From the NCBI GenBank assembly GCA_046536775.1, contig JAWDMD010000001.1, forward strand, positions 1 through 32,000: a DNA stretch of 32,000 nt, in the 5' to 3' direction. The stretch comes from Candidatus Nanopusillus sp. Lineage in GTDB: Archaea; Nanobdellota; Nanobdellia; Nanobdellales; Nanobdellaceae. The translations under genes and the position numbers were made by a program. Below, piece after piece: positions 16,695 through 26,093 of the stretch (its first letter is position 1; every line of letters begins with the position of its first letter). The notes under the pieces were generated by a model that worked only from the letters and a program-made list of their open reading frames with translations, was not told the origin of the DNA and did not search any database.

Positions 16695-18362
16695 ATGAAA
16701 TATTTCTTAGAATTAGCAGAAATATTGGAAAAAGTTGAAAAAATTAATGAAAAATCTTTGAAAATTGATGTTTTATCTAGATTTATAAAGTCTTTAGATA
16801 AAAATGAATTAAAAATAACTATTTGGTTAATTTTAGGAAACACTGAAGAAGAATGGGTTGAAAGAAAATTAAATATATCTATAAGTACAATTGTAAAGGT
16901 ATTAAAAAATTTAGGAGTAAATATTAAAGAACTGAGTTTATTATATAAAAAATCTGGAGATTTGGGAGAGGCTGTTAAGATTATTTATGAAAAAGGAAAT
17001 ATAAAATTAAATAAACTGTTTGCTAAAAAGTATACAATAATCGATATATATAATGAATTAAAGAAAATTGAAAATTTGGAAGGAGAAGGATCTAGAGAAA
17101 AAAGAATATTGTATTTAGAAGGAATATACAAAAATTTATCACCTTTAGAGGCAAAATTATTAACAAGAATTTTACAAGGAGATATGAGATATGGCGTACT
17201 AGAAGGGACTATTGAAGATTGTTTATCTTATATATATAGTATTGATGATGAAAGAATTAAAATCGCACATGCAATAATCGGGGATATTGGGGCTTTATCA
17301 GAATATTTATTCGATAATCCAAAAAATATTGAAAATGTTAATATTAGATTATTTCATCCATTTAAACCAATGCTTGCAGAAAAGGCAAATAATTTTCAAG
17401 ATGTATTTAATAATTTTTCTCCTGCAGCATTTGAATTTAAGTTTGACGGAATAAGAGCACAAATACATAAAAAAGGAAATGAAGTAAAGATATTTACTAG
17501 AAGATTAAAAGATGTAACAAAACCCTTTCCAGATATAGTAGAATTAATATTAAATAATATAAAAAGTAATGAATTAGTTGTTGAAGGAGAAATTGTTGCA
17601 TGGGATTATAATAAAAACTTACCATTACCTTTTCAAGAAATTTCAAAAAGAATAAAGAGAGAATATGAAATTTCAAAATATATAAAGGAAATACCTGTTA
17701 GATTATTTTTGTTTGATATAATTTATCTAGATGGAAAATTACTAATAAATGAAGAATATATAAATAGAAGAAAAATATTGGAGGAAATTAGAGGAAATAT
17801 TGATTTAACTCCTATGATAATTACAAATAAAGAAAATGAGGCAAAGAAATTCTTCCAAGAATCTATTAATATGAAAAATGAAGGTCTTGTTGCAAAGAAA
17901 TTGGATTCAAAATATATTCCTGGAAAAAGAGATAAATCGTGGTTAAAAGTAAAGGGACATTTAGAACCGCTAGATTTAGCAATAATTGGGGGAGAATGGG
18001 GGCATGGAAGAAGAAAAAACTTTATTTCAGATTTATATTTAGCTGCATTAGATAAAGAAACTGGAGAATACTTAATGGTAACAAAAACATTCAAGGGATT
18101 ATCTGACAACGAATATATTCAGTTAACAAAAGAATTATTAAAATATAAAATAAGGGAAGAAGGGAGAATTGTATGGTTTAAACCAAAGATTGTTGTAGAA
18201 GTTATATATGATGAAATACAAAAAAGTCCAAAATATAAATCTGGTTTTGCATTAAGATTCGCGAGGGTTAATAGAGTAAGGTGGGATAAAAGTGAAAAGG
18301 ATATAAATACAATACAAGAAATTAAGGAATTATATGAAAAACAAAGAAAAGAAGAAATCTAA
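16695..18362 (+). CDS. lig: ATP-dependent DNA ligase
   Basis: 555 aa. The adenylation motif I is EFKFDGIRAQIH (KxDG). Further motifs are EGEIVAW, EGLVAKK, and WLKVK. The architecture is the N-terminal DNA-binding domain, adenylation domain and OB fold typical of archaeal Lig1-type ligases. Confidence 0.95.
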   Translation: MKYFLELAEILEKVEKINEKSLKIDVLSRFIKSLDKNELKITIWLILGNTEEEWVERKLNISISTIVKVLKNLGVNIKELSLLYKKSGDLGEAVKIIYEKGNIKLNKLFAKKYTIIDIYNELKKIENLEGEGSREKRILYLEGIYKNLSPLEAKLLTRILQGDMRYGVLEGTIEDCLSYIYSIDDERIKIAHAIIGDIGALSEYLFDNPKNIENVNIRLFHPFKPMLAEKANNFQDVFNNFSPAAFEFKFDGIRAQIHKKGNEVKIFTRRLKDVTKPFPDIVELILNNIKSNELVVEGEIVAWDYNKNLPLPFQEISKRIKREYEISKYIKEIPVRLFLFDIIYLDGKLLINEEYINRRKILEEIRGNIDLTPMIITNKENEAKKFFQESINMKNEGLVAKKLDSKYIPGKRDKSWLKVKGHLEPLDLAIIGGEWGHGRRKNFISDLYLAALDKETGEYLMVTKTFKGLSDNEYIQLTKELLKYKIREEGRIVWFKPKIVVEVIYDEIQKSPKYKSGFALRFARVNRVRWDKSEKDINTIQEIKELYEKQRKEEI

Positions 18363-18441
18363 AATAAATATCTATATTATATTTACAAAAGATTATTGAC
18401 TATATAAATTGGAAACAAAAATAAAAACATTGAATTTAATA

Positions 18442-18514
18442 TGGGCCCGGGGGGATTCGAACCCCCGACCTCCCGGTTATCAGCCGGACGCTCTAGCCTC
18501 TGAGCCACGGGCCC
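18442..18514 (-). tRNA. tRNA-Ile (anticodon GAU)
   Basis: The revcomp reads GGGCCCG-TG-GCTC-AGAGGCTAG-AGCG-TCCGG-CTGATAA-CCGGG-AGGTC-GGGGG-TTCGAAT-CCCCC-CGGGCCC-A. It forms a complete cloverleaf. CCA is not encoded. Confidence 0.93.
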
Positions 18515-18534
18515 TAAAATTTATGATTATTTAT

Positions 18535-18546
18535 CTTTTATAAAAG
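18535..18546. promoter_or_regulatory. Palindromic TATA-like element cttttataaaag, equidistant from tRNA-Ile and the divergent protein gene
   Basis: It is a perfect 12-nt palindrome centred at 18540/18541. That is 26.5 nt from the tRNA-Ile 5' end (18514, minus) and 25.5 nt from the ATG at 18566 (plus). Confidence 0.35.
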
Positions 18547-18565
18547 TTTTTTTAAATTAAATTTA

Positions 18566-19189
18566 ATGGATTTCATAAGTCAACTATTATTAAAGATTTA
18601 CCAGTTAATAGGGGACCCTGTTTTAAGATATATATCAAATATCCAAAATTATACAACATACTTTATAATTTTTATAATATTTGTTACAATTGGGTATATA
18701 ATAGCAAAAGTTATTATATTTATATTAAAAATTATATTTAATTATATAAAATTAAACGAAATTCAAAAGAGAAATCCAGAATTACTTTATGGAATAAATA
18801 TATCGAATTTAATTTTAGGTTTAATAAAATATTATATATTATTATATTTCCTAATACTTGGAATTGTTGTAGATCTTCCTTATTATTCCTATTTATTCTA
18901 TATCCTAAATCTAGTCTATACTGCAATAATAATAATATTTACTGGTATTATTATTGGGGATATTATCGCATATCTATTTAATATAAAGAATAATGTTGCA
19001 AAAATTGTAAAAGGAACTATACTATATTTATTCTTAATTATTGCATTATCATATTTAGGATTAAATTCAACAGTATTAGTTCAAGCCTTATATTATTTAT
19101 TATTATCTGCAGCAATATCTTTTGGAATAATGATTGGTATTATAATAGCATTAGAATATAAAAATGAAATAATAAAAATAATAAAATGA
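18566..19189 (+). CDS. Integral membrane protein, hypothetical (about 5-6 TM helices)
   Basis: 207 aa and strongly hydrophobic. Its stop overlaps the mbf1 start (ATGA). I recognise no family. Confidence 0.5.
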   Translation: MDFISQLLLKIYQLIGDPVLRYISNIQNYTTYFIIFIIFVTIGYIIAKVIIFILKIIFNYIKLNEIQKRNPELLYGINISNLILGLIKYYILLYFLILGIVVDLPYYSYLFYILNLVYTAIIIIFTGIIIGDIIAYLFNIKNNVAKIVKGTILYLFLIIALSYLGLNSTVLVQALYYLLLSAAISFGIMIGIIIALEYKNEIIKIIK

Positions 19190-19629
19190 AAACATGTGAA
19201 CTATGTGGAAAAAGTACGGACAAATTATATAAGGTATATATAGAAGGTACAATATTAAATGTATGTGTTGATTGTTCAAAATATGGAAAACCTGTTGATG
19301 AAAATGGAAATATAATAAAAGAAAATAAAGCGGAGATAAAAGAACTTGTTGGAGAAGCTATAGATGAAAATTATAACAAAATATTAATAAAATATAGAGA
19401 AGAACATAAATTAAAACAAGACGATATGGCAAAATTGTTAGGAATAAAAGAAAGTTTATATAAATCAATAGAAAATAAAAAAATTATACCTGATATAAAT
19501 TTGGCTAAGAAAATTGAAAAAGTATTAGGAATAAAAATAACTAAAAAAGAAGTATTAACTGAAAAAATAAATAATAATGATAATAAAAATTATATAACTG
19601 TTGGAGATATATTAGAATTTGAAGAATGA
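19186..19629 (+). CDS. mbf1: Multiprotein-bridging factor 1 (aMBF1): Zn-ribbon plus HTH (XRE-type) protein
   Basis: The N-terminal zinc ribbon is CELCG...CVDC. The C-terminal HTH is REEHKLKQDDMAKLLGIKESLYKSIENKKIIPDINLAKKIEKVLGIKI. This is the archaeal MBF1 architecture. Confidence 0.85.
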   Translation: MKTCELCGKSTDKLYKVYIEGTILNVCVDCSKYGKPVDENGNIIKENKAEIKELVGEAIDENYNKILIKYREEHKLKQDDMAKLLGIKESLYKSIENKKIIPDINLAKKIEKVLGIKITKKEVLTEKINNNDNKNYITVGDILEFEE

Positions 19630-20207
19630 ATATATATTATATATTATATATATTTTCTGAATCATTTTTATTAAACTCTTTTCCTTTCTTTGGCGCTCCT
19701 TTTGTTTTATTATCAATACCAGTATTATCAATTATTGGGATAAATATCTATAATATAATTTTAGTATCCATTATTTTAGGTATAGGAGCATCCAGTGGAA
19801 GATTTGTAATGTATATTATTGGTATTTTCTTATCAAAACCTTTAAAGAACAATAAAAATTTACTATTCATAAAAAGAATATCAAATAGTAAAAACTTTTA
19901 CATAACTTTTTTCTTTTTAACTATATTACCATTTCTTCCATTAGATGATCTATTATTTTTATCTTTTGGAATTGAAAAAATGGGTATATTAAAATATTAT
20001 CTAATAGAAATCCTAGGAAAAACATTAAAATCTTTTTTAGAATTATATGCCGAAATATTTGTTTTAAACAAGGTAAGTTATCTATTAAAAATACCTCTAC
20101 TAGAATTATCTATAATCTCTTCAATAGCATTTATTTTATTGGGTATAATATTTTTTAAATTAGATTGGGAAAAATATTTTAATAAATGTATATCAAAAGA
20201 GAAATAA
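19626..20207 (+). CDS. Integral membrane protein, hypothetical
   Basis: 193 aa with multiple TM helices. It has an ATGA overlap with mbf1 and a 22-nt overlap with the next gene. I cannot assign a family with confidence. Confidence 0.5.
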   Translation: MNIYYILYIFSESFLLNSFPFFGAPFVLLSIPVLSIIGINIYNIILVSIILGIGASSGRFVMYIIGIFLSKPLKNNKNLLFIKRISNSKNFYITFFFLTILPFLPLDDLLFLSFGIEKMGILKYYLIEILGKTLKSFLELYAEIFVLNKVSYLLKIPLLELSIISSIAFILLGIIFFKLDWEKYFNKCISKEK

Positions 20208-20767
20208 GAATATTAGGAATTGATGATGGATATTTTGATAGAAATAAGGATAAATATACAATAATTGTTGGAGTTATAATGAGAGGATCATTACAAATAG
20301 ATGGGATATTATCAAATAAAATTGAAATAGATGGATTTGATATAAATGATAAAATAATTGAAATGATAAAAAGAACAAAACATTATGATGAATTGAGAAT
20401 AATAGCAACAAATGGAATATCTTTTGGTGGATTTAATTTAATGGATTTTGAATATTTATATAATGAATTAAACATGCCGATAATATCTTTTGTAAGGAAA
20501 AAACCAAATATAAATAAATTTATAGAAGCAGTTAAACATACAAAAGATTATGAAAAGAGATTAGAAATATTAAAAAAATATCCAGAACCAAAAAGTTATA
20601 AAACTGAATATGGAACATTATATTTTCAATATTATGGTTTAGAATATGATGATGTAATAAATATAATTAAATTAACATCAGTACATTCTAGAATTCCTGA
20701 ACCAATTAGAGTTGCACACCTAATTGCAATGGGAATAACAAAAGGATATTCAAGAGGAAAACCATAA
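20186..20767 (+). CDS. UPF0215/DUF99 family protein
   Basis: The N-terminus IRILGIDDGYF...IIVGVIMRG..IDG and the 193-aa size match the archaeal DUF99 (UPF0215) family as I remember it. Confidence 0.75.
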   Translation: MYIKREIRILGIDDGYFDRNKDKYTIIVGVIMRGSLQIDGILSNKIEIDGFDINDKIIEMIKRTKHYDELRIIATNGISFGGFNLMDFEYLYNELNMPIISFVRKKPNINKFIEAVKHTKDYEKRLEILKKYPEPKSYKTEYGTLYFQYYGLEYDDVINIIKLTSVHSRIPEPIRVAHLIAMGITKGYSRGKP

Positions 20768-20791
20768 AAATATTTTACATAAAACATCAAT

Positions 20792-22288
20792 ATGGGCATT
20801 AAATCATTAATAAAAAATTGGAGAGTTCTAATATTTATTATAATTTTTATTGTATCTTTGATGTTTGATGCTTATGCATTAACTAATAATAAGGTAGAGA
20901 TTACTTCTAGTGCTATTTTACCAAATGGTACATATATATACTCAATAAATGGTTGTCAAGTAAATTCAATGAATTCATATTATACCTGTATATATAATAA
21001 TATTAATTCCTCATTTTTACAAATAGGTACAAATAATGGAAATATTGTTTTAGAGCCATACCAATATCAATTATTAATAAATGAAACAAATATAACACAA
21101 ACTTCTTTAATATCTTATGGAATAGATATTGCTGGAGGTTATTTATTGATATTAAATTCTTCAAAACCACTAACTCCCCAAGAATTATCGGTTGCAGCAC
21201 AAGTAATTGAAAATAGATTAAACTCTTTTGGTGTTAAATCAATAAATATATATCCAACATCTGAAGGATATATAATTGTAGAACTACCATATTCTGAAGG
21301 AAATTTAATTCCGTATATAATTAGCCAAGGAGAATTTTATGCAAAAATTGGTAATACAACAGTATTTACTGGTTCAGATATAAAACCATTGTTCGGAGGG
21401 CAATATTCTGGCTTATTGGGATGTTCTCCAACAGGTAATCAATATGTATGTACATATTATTTCACCTTATTATTATCACAAGAAGCTGCTAATAATTTTG
21501 CACAAGCTACACAAAACCTATCTGTAGTATTACAAAGCGGAGGTGCATATTTAAATGAACCTATAGTATTCTATCTAGATAATCAAAATGTATCAACATT
21601 ATTAATTGCTGCAAATCTAAAAGGTTCAAACACACAACAAGTAAGTATTCAAGTATCTGGAACTGGAAATTCTATGACACAAGCACAATATAATGCATAT
21701 CAACAAGCTTATAATTTATATATAATATTGGAGAATGGACAATTACCTTCGAAATTTAATATTGTCCAGGAATCTATAATTCCACCAATATTTGGATATT
21801 ATATATTAAAATCTTTTGAATTAGTACTATTATTAATATTGATTGGCATATTTGCAATACTTTATGCAGTATATAGGAATATAAAAGTACCTGCATTGGT
21901 TACATTAACATTAGCATCTGAATTCTTAATTGCATTTGCAATAGGTATTGCAATACATCAAACATATGATATTCCAGCATTTATTGGTATAATATTTGGA
22001 ACTGCTACAGGTATAGATGATCAATTAGTTGCTGCTGAAGAAATATTAAGAGCAAAGAAAGGAGAAAATGTTGAGGTGAAAGAAACAGAAAGATTGGATA
22101 AAGCAATCAAAAAAGCTATGTTTATTATATTATTAGCAATTATATTAGAGAGTTTATCTGTATTCCCAGCATTTGTAGCGGGTTTATCATTATATAGAGG
22201 ATTTGCAATTATGGTAATAATTACAGTTTGGATAGGATATTTAATAACAAGGCCAGCATTTATTAATTTAGCAAAAAATTTACTTTAA
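20792..22288 (+). CDS. secD: Protein-export membrane protein SecD
   Basis: It has an N-terminal TM helix and a large extracytoplasmic domain with GIDIAGGYLLIL and AAQVIENRLNSFGVKSINIYPTSEGYIIVELP (SecD pattern lGlDL.GG / ...i..Rvn.lGv.e..v...g...i.v.lP). Five C-terminal TM helices follow, with GTATGIDDQLV. No secF is adjacent. Confidence 0.72.
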   Translation: MGIKSLIKNWRVLIFIIIFIVSLMFDAYALTNNKVEITSSAILPNGTYIYSINGCQVNSMNSYYTCIYNNINSSFLQIGTNNGNIVLEPYQYQLLINETNITQTSLISYGIDIAGGYLLILNSSKPLTPQELSVAAQVIENRLNSFGVKSINIYPTSEGYIIVELPYSEGNLIPYIISQGEFYAKIGNTTVFTGSDIKPLFGGQYSGLLGCSPTGNQYVCTYYFTLLLSQEAANNFAQATQNLSVVLQSGGAYLNEPIVFYLDNQNVSTLLIAANLKGSNTQQVSIQVSGTGNSMTQAQYNAYQQAYNLYIILENGQLPSKFNIVQESIIPPIFGYYILKSFELVLLLILIGIFAILYAVYRNIKVPALVTLTLASEFLIAFAIGIAIHQTYDIPAFIGIIFGTATGIDDQLVAAEEILRAKKGENVEVKETERLDKAIKKAMFIILLAIILESLSVFPAFVAGLSLYRGFAIMVIITVWIGYLITRPAFINLAKNLL

Positions 22289-23116
22289 TTTTTTATAATA
22301 ATCCCTCATTCTAATTGCATCTTGCTCAATATTTGGAGATTCTGAAATTACAACACCTTTAACATTATATTCTTTTAATAATCTTAATATATCTTTCCAA
22401 GGCATATCGGATTCTTCTAAATTTAAATGTGTACCTTTTTTATCTAAAGTTATTCCGGACATATGAATGTGCATATTATCTAAAGCTTCTCTTCCAAGTT
22501 CATTTTCTATTTTATCTAATATTTCCCTAAAATAATCTACATCATTTCTATTACTTCTATATCTTAAATGAGCAAAATCTACCGCAGGTAAAACATTTTC
22601 TATATCTTGTGATAATCTTATTATTTCATCTATATCACCAAATTTTTTTGGTAATTCCATTGTTTCCGGTCTTACATAAATATCGATACTTTCATCCCTT
22701 AGTTTATCTATTACTTTCTTCAGGTTTTCCCTTACTATATTATATGTATCTTCCTTTGAATTATTTAAGTACCAACCTGGATGAAAAACAACAGAATATC
22801 CTCCAGATAAATATAATAATCTTGCAGCATTATATAACATATCTATTGATTTATTTATTTTTGATTCTTCTGTAGAATTTAAATTAATATAGTATGGAGC
22901 ATGACATGTTAATATAAATTCTTTATCCTTTATATATTCGTTTATATTATTTGCAACATCCTCTTTTAATTTTACTCCATAAGTAAATTCTATTTCAGAT
23001 CCGTCTAAATTTAATTCTTCATATGTATATATAATTCCACTCAATGTATCTCTCTTTTTAGAAGATAAAGGAACTCCTGCAGGACCAAAGTGTAATTTTT
23101 TTGGATGCTTAACCAT
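22280..23116 (-). CDS. nfo: Endonuclease IV-type AP endonuclease (AP endonuclease family 2, TIM barrel)
   Basis: CHAPYYINLNS, VVFHPGWY, VRPETM, AVDFAHL and MHIHMSG parallel the Nfo motifs HApYliNla, vv.HpG, lEn, cfDtcH and iHlnD. Confidence 0.78.
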   Translation of the reverse strand: MVKHPKKLHFGPAGVPLSSKKRDTLSGIIYTYEELNLDGSEIEFTYGVKLKEDVANNINEYIKDKEFILTCHAPYYINLNSTEESKINKSIDMLYNAARLLYLSGGYSVVFHPGWYLNNSKEDTYNIVRENLKKVIDKLRDESIDIYVRPETMELPKKFGDIDEIIRLSQDIENVLPAVDFAHLRYRSNRNDVDYFREILDKIENELGREALDNMHIHMSGITLDKKGTHLNLEESDMPWKDILRLLKEYNVKGVVISESPNIEQDAIRMRDYYKKLK

Positions 23117-23307
23117 ACTATTATTATAATGTTCTGAAAGTTAAATTTTTTGGTTAAAATATTTTTTACTTCTTCATCTAAATTATTATATTTTACAAAT
23201 TTATCAAGAGTAATAGTAGATATATATTACATTTAGTAATGAGAAGATTATTTTTAACTAGTTTTAATATATTATATCTTATTAAAATAAATTAAAAATT
23301 TAATTAT

Positions 23308-24048
23308 TTATACTTTTCTAAACAATACTAGAAATTCTGTATGGACCAATTCTAAATTTCTTGGTCTAAAAACCTTTTCTTTTTCATACATCCATTTTCT
23401 ATAAAAATTCTCATATACTCCAATAAATAAGAATTTATCATTTGAATCTAATAATTTTAATATAGATGTTATATTTGGCAAAAAAGATACAAAATATCCA
23501 CCAAATTTTAACGAATTATATATATGATCTAAAGTATTCCAAGGATCTGGTATATCCAATATTATTAAATCTATATCTTTTTCATCAATTCCTTCATTAA
23601 TATTTTTTAATTTTAATTCTACATAATCTAATAATTTTAGTTTTTCCAAATTTTTCTTTGCAATATTATAAAAATCTTTTCTAATTTCATATGAATATAC
23701 TTTTCCATCTGGTCTTACAGAATTTGCTAAATATGATGTTAATATCCCAGAGCCAGTTCCTCCTTCTACAATTTTCATTCCTGGATAAATATTTACTAAT
23801 GAATATAACAACCCAATATCTTTTTCATGAATTGTTTGTGGTCCTCTTTTTAAATATCTAACTAAATCATTAAAATTATTTTCTAATATTAAAAATTCCT
23901 CATTCAAGTGCGATTTAACTATACTACCAGCTTCCCTATTCAAATCCTCTTTTTTTATTATCCCAAAATGTGTATTAAAATCTTTATCCTTATCTACTAT
24001 ATAAAATTTTTTACCAGTTTTTCTATGGATTATTATCATAAATTTCAT
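23308..24048 (-). CDS. trmI: tRNA (adenine-N1-)-methyltransferase TrmI (GCD14 family)
   Basis: The sequence is RGPQTIHEKDIGLLYSLVNIYPGMKIVEGGTGSGILTSYLANSVRPDGKVYSYEIRKDF...ILDIPDPWNTLDHIYNSLKFGGYFVSFLPN. The SAM-binding motif is GTGSG and the family motif is D.PdPW. Confidence 0.85.
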   Translation of the reverse strand: MKFMIIIHRKTGKKFYIVDKDKDFNTHFGIIKKEDLNREAGSIVKSHLNEEFLILENNFNDLVRYLKRGPQTIHEKDIGLLYSLVNIYPGMKIVEGGTGSGILTSYLANSVRPDGKVYSYEIRKDFYNIAKKNLEKLKLLDYVELKLKNINEGIDEKDIDLIILDIPDPWNTLDHIYNSLKFGGYFVSFLPNITSILKLLDSNDKFLFIGVYENFYRKWMYEKEKVFRPRNLELVHTEFLVLFRKV

Positions 24049-24113
24049 ATATAGAAAATATATATGAAAAATATGTTAGTAAACACTATAAAACTTTTTA
24101 TTATGAGTATTAT

Positions 24114-24653
24114 ATGATAGTAGCTACAAGTTATTTAGAAGAAATAATTAAAGAAACCTATAAAGAAATTAAAGAACATTTAAATGAAGAAGGAATAAAA
24201 GTTGATCCAAAAGCAAATTTAGAAATAATTAAAAAAGAAATAAATCCAACTAATTTAGATAACTTGATATCTTCATTTATAATAGAATTAGGAAAGTTCT
24301 TAACTTTACCTAAAGAATTAAAGGCTTATGCACACATAAAATCTAATATTTATTCTTCTCTAAAATCATATAATGTACCACCGTCTGCACTTTATGTTCC
24401 CTCTATTAATACAATATATGTATATTTACTGAGAGTCTTAAATAACTTACCATGTTTAATAGATGCTAAGAATAATCTTGAGAAAGAATCTCTAGATAAT
24501 GTAGTTAAAAAAATTTGTTTTCATAATAGAACGTCTAAGACATCAAAAACACTATCACCTTTTTACGATGTAAGTGCTGAAATTCTTATTACACCAACAA
24601 CAAAAAATTTGTCATCAGATGAAGAAATAATAAAAAATATTTTATACGAATAA
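24114..24653 (+). CDS. Gluzincin-like family, paralogue 1, N-terminal fragment (split gene)
   Basis: It is homologous by eye to the N-terminal two thirds of the 25247 and 26902 genes. The leader is LEEIIKETYKEIKEHL (compare LDSIIKKSFENITKHL and LDDIIKKEYKDINAYF). The motif YVPSINTIYVY compares with YNPITRTIYIA and YSPFLRSIYIK. SSDEEIIKNIL compares with NNIEEIISRPL. It ends at a TAA that overlaps the next ATG. Confidence 0.55.
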   Translation: MIVATSYLEEIIKETYKEIKEHLNEEGIKVDPKANLEIIKKEINPTNLDNLISSFIIELGKFLTLPKELKAYAHIKSNIYSSLKSYNVPPSALYVPSINTIYVYLLRVLNNLPCLIDAKNNLEKESLDNVVKKICFHNRTSKTSKTLSPFYDVSAEILITPTTKNLSSDEEIIKNILYE

Positions 24654-25060
24654 TGTCACATGAAATAATACATACTTTAAATAGAAGTTTAAATCTTCCC
24701 AAATATATAAATGAATATATAGCATCAGTATTAGAAACTTTATTGTATTTTAAATTAAATCTTAGAGATAATAATAAATTGGATAAAAAGATATATGAAA
24801 TTTTATATACATATAATCCACATTATAAAACCCTAAATTCTACCAAATTATCATATAAAAATACAGAAGATATAAAATCCCAAAAAGAGCTTATTGAAAT
24901 TTTAGAAGGTCTAATGAAAAAAGACCCATATTCCCTTGGAAGATATACTGGATATTATATTTTAGAAAAATATGGTCCTGAAAATATAAGAATAAAAGAT
25001 ATATATGAAAAACTTATAAGTGATCATTATTATTTTTTAAAAGAATACTTTAAACAGTAA
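24653..25060 (+). CDS. Gluzincin-like family, paralogue 1, C-terminal fragment carrying HExxH
   Basis: It starts MSHEIIHTLNRSLNLPKYINEYIASVLETLLY. This is HExxH followed by lP.yiNE.iA, which resembles the peptidase_MA_2-type pattern HE..H...lP.WlnEGlA.y. Confidence 0.6.
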   Translation: MSHEIIHTLNRSLNLPKYINEYIASVLETLLYFKLNLRDNNKLDKKIYEILYTYNPHYKTLNSTKLSYKNTEDIKSQKELIEILEGLMKKDPYSLGRYTGYYILEKYGPENIRIKDIYEKLISDHYYFLKEYFKQ

Positions 25061-25246
25061 AAATATTATTTTTTATGGTGTTTTTATCAATGACGATATT
25101 GTTAATAATATTAAACTTCTTATAATATAATCCTAAAGAATCAAAACTTCCCAGAATTCTAAAAATCATAAACATTATATCCAATTCTAGTATACTAATT
25201 TTTGGATAATAAAAAATATATATTTTACTGTTATTACCTAATAATT

Positions 25247-26056
25247 ATGAATACAATTGATAATTTAGATAGCATTATAAAAAAGAGTTTTGAAAATATT
25301 ACAAAACATCTTTATAAAAATGATATAAAATACAGAAGTCCCAAATTGCGAATAATGGAATCTACATGGTTATTTCGCAATATACCATCAATTATAGTAT
25401 TTTCTTCACCAATCGTTACTGGAGCCCTTTCTTATATAGATCCTTCCTTATTACCATTATATTTATCTACATTTCCTATGGTAGCATTATATCTATGGTC
25501 AATGGAAGATATTCGAATTCCAGAGGGTTATAATCCAATAACAAGAACAATTTATATTGCAAAAAAACCATTAGGAAGAGTTATAGATAGAATAATAGAT
25601 GATTTGAGTTCTAAAAAAATAAATGGATCTTCTGTTATTGGTTTAAATTCACCCATAAATAATAAAATAATATACCCATTATATATAGATAGTAATAATA
25701 TAGAAAAATCTGTAGCAAAAGCTGTCTCTGATATTATAATAGGTCATGGGATTTCACATTCTATAGTCGGAGAATACGAGCACACAGCTTCTGCTTTGGG
25801 AGATTTAATATATTTGAGTATGAATAAGTTAGATAGATATCCTGAAACGCATAAAATTATAGAAGAAAATGTAAGAAAATGTAAAAATGAAGAAGATTAT
25901 GTGCTAATGAAAGATCCCAACTATTCCGGATCATGTTATATAAATACTGTTTTACATAAAAATAACTTTTCAATAAATATAAGAAAGAAAATAGAAAAAA
26001 TTAAATATTTGTCTGAAGAAGATATTATAAATGAAATAAAAAGTTATAAAATCTAA
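25247..26056 (+). CDS. Gluzincin-like family, paralogue 2, membrane-anchored, degenerate metal motif (HGISH)
   Basis: Two TM helices are IPSIIVFSSPIVTGALSYI and LPLYLSTFPMVALYLWSM. Then come GYNPITRTIYIA and IIIGHGISHSIVGEYEHTASALGDLIY, where Gly replaces the catalytic Glu. I moved the start to the ATG at 25247, with a TATA-like aatatatatttt about 27 nt upstream. Confidence 0.6.
   Translation: MNTIDNLDSIIKKSFENITKHLYKNDIKYRSPKLRIMESTWLFRNIPSIIVFSSPIVTGALSYIDPSLLPLYLSTFPMVALYLWSMEDIRIPEGYNPITRTIYIAKKPLGRVIDRIIDDLSSKKINGSSVIGLNSPINNKIIYPLYIDSNNIEKSVAKAVSDIIIGHGISHSIVGEYEHTASALGDLIYLSMNKLDRYPETHKIIEENVRKCKNEEDYVLMKDPNYSGSCYINTVLHKNNFSINIRKKIEKIKYLSEEDIINEIKSYKI
25959..25982 (+). repeat. 24-nt exact DNA identity with 27539-27562 (paralogue patch encoding NNFSINI)
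   Basis: aaaataacttttcaataaatataa occurs at both positions. A second exact patch, agcttctgctttggga (16 nt), occurs at 25786-25801 and 27366-27381 and encodes ASALG. Confidence 0.9.
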
Positions 26057-26093
26057 TTGAAATAAAAAATTTAGATAATACAAATAATATTTT

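Noticed and set aside
25061-25246. The 186-nt spacer contains aatgacga (C-box-like), which might indicate a C/D-box sRNA.
   Set aside because: There is no matching D box (CTGA) at a suitable distance and no terminal stem. I found no convincing C/D or H/ACA arrangement in the other spacers either (4061-4177, 23117-23307, 26694-26829).
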